Source: an uncultured virus (IMG/VR IMGVR_UViG_3300037631_003085) (lineage: Duplodnaviria; Heunggongvirae; Uroviricota; Caudoviricetes). Taken from it: a stretch of 64,000 nt of DNA. Location of the stretch: IMG/VR virus record IMGVR_UViG_3300037631_003085, one strand, 5' to 3'. The notes beneath the pieces are model-generated. The model made no database searches. It was not told where the DNA came from and worked only from the letters and a program-made list of their open reading frames with translations. A program made the position numbers and the translations under genes. Below are positions 56,513-64,000 of this stretch, one piece after another (within the stretch, counting starts at the first letter, position 1; each line of letters opens with the position of its first letter).

Positions 56513-56770
56513 ATGTCATACAAACGAGAAAAAAAAGTAAGAAAAGAACGTGAGGAGTTATTCCTATATGGTCATGCTAATGGTGTAAGGGTTATTAATA
56601 ATAACATTGAAGCAGCACTTAGAAAGTGGAAACGTATTATGAAAGATAATGGTGTAATTGACCTTATCAAGCAAAATAGGGAATACACTAAACCGACTAC
56701 ACGTAAACGTAAACAAATGAATGATGCTAGACGAGCTGATTGGGTCCGTAGACAACAAGAAGCAAGATAA
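56513..56770 (+). CDS. rpsU: phage-encoded ribosomal protein bS21 with N-terminal extension
   Basis: V.V.NNNIEAALRKWKR......I......REYTKPT..KR matches the bS21 signature. Confidence 0.85.
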   Translation: MSYKREKKVRKEREELFLYGHANGVRVINNNIEAALRKWKRIMKDNGVIDLIKQNREYTKPTTRKRKQMNDARRADWVRRQQEAR

Positions 56771-56921
56771 TAGTAAACACTTTATCGTTTATTGTAAAAT
56801 TTACATACTTATTGTAAATTAATATCACTCCAATCTAATGAGTGATTCATATTATATTATTATATTCTATTAAGATTTAAAATAATCTTATTATCCAAAA
56901 GTTTAATTTAGGAGGTAACAA

Positions 56922-57983
56922 ATGAAATCAGATTTGTTAAAAGAAGCAATCGCCGATGCTAAAGCCGTAAAAGAAACTGCATTAGCAAACGCAAAAATGG
57001 CTCTCGAAGAGGCATTTACTCCAAAACTCCAATCTATGCTTTCTCATAAACTAGCTGAAGAGTTAGATGAAGAAGAAATCGAAGAAGACGAAATGGAAGA
57101 AATGATGAAATCCGAAACGGATGACGAAGTTTCTGAAATGGAAGATGAAATGAAATCTGAAGAGGAAGAAATGGAAGAAGAGTTAGAATCAGATGAAGAA
57201 GAAGAGGTAGCTGATATCGCTTCTGACGAAATCGATTCTCACGAAGAGGAAATGCATTCTGAAGAAGAAGCTGACGAAGAAGCTGACGAAGAAGCTGAAG
57301 ACGAAGCTCAAGTAGAAGATGAAGTAGAAGAGATGATGGATGAAGAGGAAGAAGATGAACTCGACCTTGAATCAGTAATCGCTGAACTTGAAGCTGCTAT
57401 GGAAGGTGAAGATTTAGACGAAGAAGAAGTTGAAGAAACTGAAGAAGTTGAAGAAACTGAAAAAGTTGAAGAAGTAATGGAATCAGAAGAAGAAGTTGAA
57501 GAGTCGGAAGAACTTGACGAAGAACTTTCTTTGGAAGAAATCATTTCTACTTTGAAAGAAATGTCTGAAGAAGAAGAAGTTGAAGAAACTTACGAATCGG
57601 AAGAAGTTGAAGAAGTAGAAGAATCAACGGAATTGGAAGAAGCATACGCTACTATCGAGTCGTTGAGAGGTACTATCAATGAGGTAAACTTATTGAATGC
57701 TAAACTTCTTTACACTAACAAGTTGTTCAGAACATTCGACTTGAACGAAGGTCAGAAGATGAAAGTCATCGAAAACTTCGATAGAGCTGAATCTTTGAGA
57801 GAAGTAAAATTGGTATTCGCTACATTGGGTGAAAACTTGAATGTTGCAAGAAAACCAAAAACAGTTGTAAAAGAATCACTAGCGTCTAAGCCTATGGCAT
57901 CGACTGCACCTAAGAAAGAAATCATTTCTGAAGGTAATGCTGTTGCTGATAGATTTAAGAAGCTTGCTGGTTTAATTAAATAA
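56922..57983 (+). CDS. prohead scaffolding/core protein (gp22-like)
   Basis: Very Glu-rich, LLKEAIADAK start, EVNLLNAKLLY; directly upstream of capsid; SD TAGGAGGT 56909-56916. Confidence 0.8.
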   Translation: MKSDLLKEAIADAKAVKETALANAKMALEEAFTPKLQSMLSHKLAEELDEEEIEEDEMEEMMKSETDDEVSEMEDEMKSEEEEMEEELESDEEEEVADIASDEIDSHEEEMHSEEEADEEADEEAEDEAQVEDEVEEMMDEEEEDELDLESVIAELEAAMEGEDLDEEEVEETEEVEETEKVEEVMESEEEVEESEELDEELSLEEIISTLKEMSEEEEVEETYESEEVEEVEESTELEEAYATIESLRGTINEVNLLNAKLLYTNKLFRTFDLNEGQKMKVIENFDRAESLREVKLVFATLGENLNVARKPKTVVKESLASKPMASTAPKKEIISEGNAVADRFKKLAGLIK

Positions 57984-58013
57984 TTAAAAAACTAAAAGAA
58001 AAGGATTAATAAG

Positions 58014-59612
58014 ATGAACACAAATTCTCTATTAAACGAATCTGCTGGTTTCAACAAAAAAATGAGCGAAGAGGCTAAAGGCCTTGTAGCCAAGTGGGAA
58101 AAAACTGGTCTTTTGGAAGGCGTTGACGCTGACTTCGAAAGAGCAAGTATTGCTACATTGTTGGAAAACCAAGCAAAGCAATTAGTATCTGAAGCATCAA
58201 GCACAGGTACTGCTGCAAACTCTGAAGAGTGGGCCGGTGTCGCTCTTCCATTAGTAAGACGTATCTTCAGCGAAATCGCTGCAAAAGAATTCGTCTCAGT
58301 ACAACCAATGAACCTACCTTCAGGTCTTGTATTCTATCTTGACTTCAAGTATGGTACTCCTCAGCCGGGTTTCGAAACTGGTGCTGGTAAGAATTCACAA
58401 ACTGATTCAGTATTCGGTGTTACCGAAGTTGCTGGTGACGTTTCTGAAGGTCTTTATGGTGCAGGTCGTTTCGGATACTCTATCAATGAAGATGAGTCTG
58501 CTGCACAAGAGTTGGAAGCTGCTGTTGGAACAAACGATTACGCTACTGCATCGTTGGCAATGTCTGACATCAACTACGATTCAGCATTCTCTCAATCAGT
58601 ATGGGCTGTTCACGATACTGACCTCGTAACTGTTGCTATTCAAACTGCGTCTATCGCAAACTTCGATAGTGAAGGTGTACGTGCATTCTCACTCGAAGGT
58701 GTTGACGAGTACTACGCTGAGTACACTCGTTTAGCTGGTGAAAACATCGTATTCGTTGCTCGTGATACTGCATTTGGTAATGTAACTGTTAAATATCAGA
58801 AACAACCAACTGACATCACTCGTGGTGACTTCGAAGACAAAACTGGTGCTGACATAGGTATTCCAGAATTGAACGTAGAGCTACGCTCTGTACCAATCGT
58901 TGCTAAGACTCGTAAGTTGAAAGCACAATGGACGCCGGAATTCGCTCAAGATTTGAACGCATACCACTCAATCGATGCTGAAGCTGAATTGACTTCAATG
59001 TTGTCTGAATACGTATCTCAAGAAATCGACCTCGAAATCTTAGATATGTTGATGGAAAACGCATTGACTGAAGGTCACTGGTCTGCTAAAGTAGGTTCTT
59101 CATGGAATGGTTCAGCATTTACTGCACCTGCAGCAAATGACGTACAACGTTACACTCAACAACAATGGTTCCAAACTCTTGGTACTGTTCTTCAGAGAGT
59201 ATCTAACCAAATTCATGCTAAGACCATGAGAGGTGGAGCTAACTTTATGGTAGTTTCTCCTGACGTTGCAACTATCTTGGAATCAATCCCAGGATTTGCT
59301 GCTAATGGTACTGGTGCTGATATGCAATTCGCAATGGGTGTATCTCAAGTAGGTTCATTCGCGAATCGTTACCAAGTATACAAAAACCCATATTTGACAT
59401 CTAATGTCGTATTGATGGGCTTCAAGGGTGCTCAATTCTTGGAAACTGGCGCAGTTTACGCTCCATACATTCCATTAATCATGACTCCGTTGGTATATGA
59501 CCCAACAAACTTCACTCCAAGAAAAGGTGTAATGACACGTTACGCTAAGCAAATGGTAAGAGGTGAGTTCTACGGTAAGGTATACGTTAATGGTTTAGAA
59601 ACACTCGCATAG
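58014..59612 (+). CDS. major capsid protein (gp23-like)
   Basis: LLENQ, VQPMNLPSGL.F, AKTRKLKA.WT.E.AQDL.A.H..DAEAEL, YAPYIPL, P..GVMTRY. Confidence 0.97.
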   Translation: MNTNSLLNESAGFNKKMSEEAKGLVAKWEKTGLLEGVDADFERASIATLLENQAKQLVSEASSTGTAANSEEWAGVALPLVRRIFSEIAAKEFVSVQPMNLPSGLVFYLDFKYGTPQPGFETGAGKNSQTDSVFGVTEVAGDVSEGLYGAGRFGYSINEDESAAQELEAAVGTNDYATASLAMSDINYDSAFSQSVWAVHDTDLVTVAIQTASIANFDSEGVRAFSLEGVDEYYAEYTRLAGENIVFVARDTAFGNVTVKYQKQPTDITRGDFEDKTGADIGIPELNVELRSVPIVAKTRKLKAQWTPEFAQDLNAYHSIDAEAELTSMLSEYVSQEIDLEILDMLMENALTEGHWSAKVGSSWNGSAFTAPAANDVQRYTQQQWFQTLGTVLQRVSNQIHAKTMRGGANFMVVSPDVATILESIPGFAANGTGADMQFAMGVSQVGSFANRYQVYKNPYLTSNVVLMGFKGAQFLETGAVYAPYIPLIMTPLVYDPTNFTPRKGVMTRYAKQMVRGEFYGKVYVNGLETLA

Positions 59613-59640
59613 TAGTACGTTTTTAAATTAAAACCAAATT

Positions 59641-59666
59641 AAGGGGGACTTCGGTCCCCCTTTTTT
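59641..59666 (+). terminator. intrinsic terminator with cUUCGg tetraloop
   Basis: AAGGGGGAC-TTCG-GTCCCCCTT-TTTT after the capsid gene. Confidence 0.9.
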
Positions 59667-59723
59667 ATTGCCCAAGTCATACTTATACTAAAGTAATTGT
59701 TATATTAGTAAAGGACATCGAGT

Positions 59724-60386
59724 ATGCCAGAGAATACAGAAAAGAGAGTTCCGAAGGGGAATATAAAATTTTCAATAACGTTATCAGACGAGCAAAAGTT
59801 AACAAAGTCTGAGATTAGAAAACACCCATTTAGTTTTGTTTTAGGAAAGGCTGGTAGTGGTAAAACATTAGTGGCAGTCCAAATAGCTTTAGATTCGTTC
59901 TTTAAACGGGAAGTAAATAAGATAGTAATAACACGACCAACTGTTTCCAATGAGGATAATGGATTTCTACCAGGTTCACTCGAAGAAAAGATGGAACCTT
60001 GGTTAGTACCAATTCGTTCCAATATGAGAAAGGTTTATAACAAACCAGCCATTTTAGAAAAGATGGAAAAGGATGAGAGTATTGAGTTGGTATCACTATC
60101 ACACTTTAGAGGTAGAACATTTGACAACGCAATTGTTATAGTAGATGAGTTTCAAAACTTAACCAAACAACAACTTGGTATGGTATTAGGTAGATTGGGT
60201 AAAAACTCTCGAATGATATTATGTGGAGATGGTCAGCAAATTGATTTAAAATTCAATAACGACTCTGCTATTCATGATGTACCAAAACTAAAAGAATCTA
60301 CATTTGTACACACTGTTACCTTGAAAGATAATCATAGACACGAATCGTTAGATGAAGTTTTAAGATTATTATACTCTATTCAATAG
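59724..60386 (+). CDS. phoH: PhoH-like ATPase
   Basis: GKAGSGKT, ITRP, GFLPG...EKM.PW, RGRTF, VDEFQN, RLG..S, GD..Q.DL. Confidence 0.92.
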   Translation: MPENTEKRVPKGNIKFSITLSDEQKLTKSEIRKHPFSFVLGKAGSGKTLVAVQIALDSFFKREVNKIVITRPTVSNEDNGFLPGSLEEKMEPWLVPIRSNMRKVYNKPAILEKMEKDESIELVSLSHFRGRTFDNAIVIVDEFQNLTKQQLGMVLGRLGKNSRMILCGDGQQIDLKFNNDSAIHDVPKLKESTFVHTVTLKDNHRHESLDEVLRLLYSIQ

Positions 60387-60445
60387 TTCTAATCAATTTG
60401 TTACTATTTATATATTGAGGAAACGGATAATTATCGGAGATTTAT

Positions 60446-63400
60446 ATGTCATTTGACTACACAGGTTCATTTAGTGGTTCATTTTATGGAGTTATTTCAG
60501 CATCCAGCCAGGTTAGCTATACACAAATAACTAATAAACCTACTACTATTTCAGCATTTCAAAAAAATGCTATAACCGCTAATAATAGGTTTAGAGAAGT
60601 AACATATCCAAATGATTCGGCATCATTCGATAGCAGAATTAATACATTGGAAAATTTAACCGATGATACTGGTTCTGATTCTCAAACTCTTTCGTTTAAT
60701 CAAGCAAGTAATGAGTTAACAATCACCGAAGGTAATACAGTTGACTTATCCTCACTTTCTGGTGGAGGTGGAGGTGGTGGTTCATCCATATGGACCACTG
60801 TGGATGGTAAATACAAAGTAAGTGCAAATTTAGATGTAACTGGCTCTATTATCGCAACTTCATTTACAGGTTCGATTGATACATCAAGTATCACAAACTT
60901 TGATACCGAAGTATCTCGTTCTGCTGCTGCAAGTGGGTTTGGTACTGGTGGTGGTACATCTGATTTTACACAACTTACTAATGTTCCAAGTGGGTTAATT
61001 AGTAGTTCAACCCAAATCACATCAGCTGATTTAGACATGGGTGGTAATAAAGTCCTCTTTGGGAATGTTTATTCTCAATTATCTGACTTACCAAACGCTG
61101 CAAGTTACCATGGTATGTTTGCTCACGTTCACGCAACTGGTAAAGCATATTTTGCTCATGGTGGTAATTGGGTTGAATTAGCAAACGCAAGTGGTAATAT
61201 ATCATCATCTACACAAGTAGAAGCAATCATAGACAATGTATACATTTCAGCATCTGCTGCCGCAAGTGGATTCGGTGCAGGTGGTGGTGAGACTTATGCC
61301 GAAGGTTTGGGCATAGACATTGTATCTGAAGTAATATCAATTGATACAGCATCCGCACATTTTAGAATAGCAGTATCTCAATCAGCAGCCAGCTACGGAT
61401 TTGGTTCCGGTGGAGGTGGTGGAGGTGGTTCATTCGGTGACCCTCCTGTAATTATATCTCATGGATTTACTATACCTGAATTCACAGGCAGTAACGCATT
61501 TATTGGTCAACTCATAGCAACAGATGTCACTCCTGGTGATACACAAACTTGGGCAGTTCAAGATTCGTATAGTGATAACTTCTTTGAGGTATCTACTACT
61601 GGTGTAGTTAGAGCTACGGCTTCTTCGAGTAGAGCTATGAATACTGATAATACTCCAGGATCAGGTTCACATCCATTCTTAATTAAAGTAACCGATGGCC
61701 AAAATAATGTAGTTGAAAAAACTATATACATTCGTGTAACCCCAAACTCAGCACCATCTTTTAGAATTGATGGTGTAAGTGGAAATACAATTACGGCATT
61801 TACCGCATCTTTGGATGAATCATCATCTGCTGAAACTAAAACTCAATATAGAGTCTATGTTACGGATGCTGATAGTGATGCACTAACAATTAGAACAGGT
61901 AGTTTAGGAACTGACCACTTCTCATTTACAATTGGTACGACTGGAGTATCAAAATATATAGACCTTGTTCAAGTAACAAGTTCTTTAGATTACGAGAGTT
62001 TAACGTCATACTCATTTATAATCACCGCATCAGATGCAAATTATGAATTAGGTTACGATGTCGCAAATATAACACACCTACCATTCAGAGTAGAGGTAGT
62101 TGATAACTTAGGTCCAGGAATACAAAATCAATCGTTATCAGGTTTAAACGAAAACTCATCGGATGGTACTTCTGTTGGTAGTATTACTGCTACTGATAAT
62201 AGTAATCCTGCTAATACAATATTGTATAAGGACTTTACATTGGTATCGGCCCATTCTGGAAGTGACATTTCAAATCCAAATATCACTTCATCACTTGGGG
62301 GTACTACATTAACCGACCCTACCGCAGACCCATTCCAAATGAATATTGCAGGGGCTGTTACTCGTAAGTCTTCAGTATTCTTAAACTCAGATATCGCAAA
62401 TAGGTATGTGTATAGAGTAAATGTCGGAGATGCTTATAACATAGATTCTGCAAGTGCATTGATTACAATTCCAATCGCAGACGATGCTGCTTCAAGTATT
62501 GGTGTAAATGGTGGTACTTACTATGTCCACGAAGGTGCATTGACTGGAAAAAATTTAACAACCAATTCAAATGGATACGCTTCAGGTGATATAACATTTA
62601 CTTCAGCTGTATCTCAAATGTGGGAAGTTAATAGTGTACCAAGTGGATATGTTAGATTCCAACAAAATAGCGCAACAAGTTATACGGGTTCAAGTGTAAC
62701 TCTTGAAGTGGATACTGCTATTAGTGGTAACTTACACTTCGCAGATAGTGACACTGTGGCTATACAAATCACTGCATCTGAAACTTCATTTGAAACTACA
62801 AAACAATATAGAGACCATACTCTAACGATTACCGATAATAAACCATACGCAATTGTATTTACTGATACATCTGCTAATCTAAACACAAATGGTGCTAGAC
62901 CATCAAATATATTAAGTGTAATTTCATTCACGGAACCTCAATTTGGTATTGGTGATACTATTGACCATAGTCAATTCTCATTTACTGACCCAAGTGGTCA
63001 ATTAACTGCATCACGAAATAGTGATGCTTATGAAGTAAGTGCTTTAACCAATTTGAGTGGGTCTACTACTTACGAGTTTACTGCAAGTATCGCTGATAGT
63101 TATGGTAATATCTCAACATCGGGTTCTTCATTTACAATCGTTGAAGCGGGACTTGGTACTCCTGGTGCAAATGGTGTATTTTATGTAATCGAATCGGCTG
63201 AAACTGGCGATAGTGTTGTTACTAACTCAAATGGTAGAACTGGAACTCAGGCTAAGTTGTCAGTAACATACTCACCACAATATAATTCAGCAGCAGTTGC
63301 ATCATTCACATCATCGAATGCACAACTTAGTGTCGCGAGTAATGGTAATGTGAGTGTTGGGACTAACATTAGTGGTAGTGGTGATGACTATCCAGGAACA

Positions 63401-64000
63401 ATTAGTTCAAATATTACTTATAGAGACCAATTTGATAACATAGGTAGTGGTTCAGTTAGTATTACTCTAACAATCAATAACGCCCCTACAGCCGCAGAAC
63501 TTACTTCTACAAATAGAAATACCAATCAGGCAACTAATGGTAATCTATTATCCACTATAAAGTGGACTGATACTGAAGGTGATGCATTGAATGTATCTTC
63601 ATTCACTTTAACAGGCACTGGCGCTTCTAACTTATCAAGTTCATATGATGGGTCTAATAACTTTGGATTATATGCAAATGGTGACCAATCAGCAGGAACT
63701 ATCTCGTTTACGGCGAGCATAGAGGATGTACACGGATTCAGAACGGGTGTTTATAAAGATGATATTACAATCGCACAAGCTGACAATGGTACTCTAACAT
63801 CTCCTGGTAATTTGTTTATTATTGAATCTGCTACAAATGGTGATGGTATTACAAATACCACAACTGGTATTGGTACTGCTAAAACTTTGAGTGTAACGTA
63901 TTCACCAAGTTATGGGTCGCCGGTTGCACAAAACTTTACTTCAGACAACCCATTTATCTCAGTTGGTTCATCGACTGGTGTACTGACAGTTGGAAATAAT
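60446..64000 (+). CDS. large fibre/adhesin-like virion protein with cadherin-like repeats (3' truncated, not in ORF track)
   Basis: ATG 60446 (MSFDYTGSFSGSF), in frame at the window end; YHGMFAHVH fibre motif; LDYE, TASDA, ATD cadherin-like motifs. Confidence 0.75.
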   Translation, partial: MSFDYTGSFSGSFYGVISASSQVSYTQITNKPTTISAFQKNAITANNRFREVTYPNDSASFDSRINTLENLTDDTGSDSQTLSFNQASNELTITEGNTVDLSSLSGGGGGGGSSIWTTVDGKYKVSANLDVTGSIIATSFTGSIDTSSITNFDTEVSRSAAASGFGTGGGTSDFTQLTNVPSGLISSSTQITSADLDMGGNKVLFGNVYSQLSDLPNAASYHGMFAHVHATGKAYFAHGGNWVELANASGNISSSTQVEAIIDNVYISASAAASGFGAGGGETYAEGLGIDIVSEVISIDTASAHFRIAVSQSAASYGFGSGGGGGGGSFGDPPVIISHGFTIPEFTGSNAFIGQLIATDVTPGDTQTWAVQDSYSDNFFEVSTTGVVRATASSSRAMNTDNTPGSGSHPFLIKVTDGQNNVVEKTIYIRVTPNSAPSFRIDGVSGNTITAFTASLDESSSAETKTQYRVYVTDADSDALTIRTGSLGTDHFSFTIGTTGVSKYIDLVQVTSSLDYESLTSYSFIITASDANYELGYDVANITHLPFRVEVVDNLGPGIQNQSLSGLNENSSDGTSVGSITATDNSNPANTILYKDFTLVSAHSGSDISNPNITSSLGGTTLTDPTADPFQMNIAGAVTRKSSVFLNSDIANRYVYRVNVGDAYNIDSASALITIPIADDAASSIGVNGGTYYVHEGALTGKNLTTNSNGYASGDITFTSAVSQMWEVNSVPSGYVRFQQNSATSYTGSSVTLEVDTAISGNLHFADSDTVAIQITASETSFETTKQYRDHTLTITDNKPYAIVFTDTSANLNTNGARPSNILSVISFTEPQFGIGDTIDHSQFSFTDPSGQLTASRNSDAYEVSALTNLSGSTTYEFTASIADSYGNISTSGSSFTIVEAGLGTPGANGVFYVIESAETGDSVVTNSNGRTGTQAKLSVTYSPQYNSAAVASFTSSNAQLSVASNGNVSVGTNISGSGDDYPGTISSNITYRDQFDNIGSGSVSITLTINNAPTAAELTSTNRNTNQATNGNLLSTIKWTDTEGDALNVSSFTLTGTGASNLSSSYDGSNNFGLYANGDQSAGTISFTASIEDVHGFRTGVYKDDITIAQADNGTLTSPGNLFIIESATNGDGITNTTTGIGTAKTLSVTYSPSYGSPVAQNFTSDNPFISVGSSTGVLTVGNN

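Noticed and set aside
57060..57640. GAAGAA-rich tandem repeats
   Set aside because: Explained by the Glu-rich scaffold protein
59667..60386. phoH as proof of a phosphate regulon
   Set aside because: phoH is common in large phages and here follows the late motif, with no TTAACA box
190..63720. All minus-strand and nested alternative-frame ORFs in the track
   Set aside because: They lie inside or opposite well-supported + strand genes, have no recognisable motifs and show antisense-type composition
1..64000. Stop-codon reassignment
   Set aside because: Core genes are full length in the standard code, TAA/TAG/TGA all end genes, and no suppressor tRNA is present
1..64000. CRISPR array, integrase, transposase, intron or intein
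   Set aside because: No regularly spaced repeat-spacer array seen; terminase, portal, capsid and primase are uninterrupted and of ordinary length

Overview
A 64 kb segment of a large, AT-rich, T4-like tailed phage genome with all credible genes on the + strand in the standard genetic code. The host is most likely Bacteroidota, based on TTG-N19/20-TAnnTT promoters, SD-less A-rich early start sites and a DUF4494-like gene. Bases 1-18.5 kb are accessory/early genes: FkbM methylase, GT25, a tRNA array, APS-kinase-like, HxGH nucleotidyltransferase, thioesterase, a vWA/MoxR pair, Hsp20, UvsE, ClpP, an HD protein and a gp55-like sigma. Bases 18.5-42 kb are baseplate/tail genes interrupted by endonuclease I, primase and an Mre11-Rad50 fusion. 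Bases 42-60 kb are internal-head proteins, terminase, portal, prohead protease, ribosomal protein bS21, scaffold, major capsid and PhoH, followed by a large fibre/adhesin ORF that runs off the window. The main signals not shown in the ORF track are: (1) two covarying non-canonical tRNA-Gly(UCC)-like RNAs lacking U8, U33 and TPsiC; (2) a 44-aa ArfA/BrfA-like ribosome-rescue candidate; (3) a split between SD-less early genes and SD-led late genes, next to a phage bS21; (4) five promoters with an identically phased TTAACA-N5-TTAACA box; (5) a TAYTTATW late-promoter motif; (6) a polyprotein of modules separated by identical ESVNE/16-bp linkers. All family assignments come from motif recognition by eye; no searches were run.
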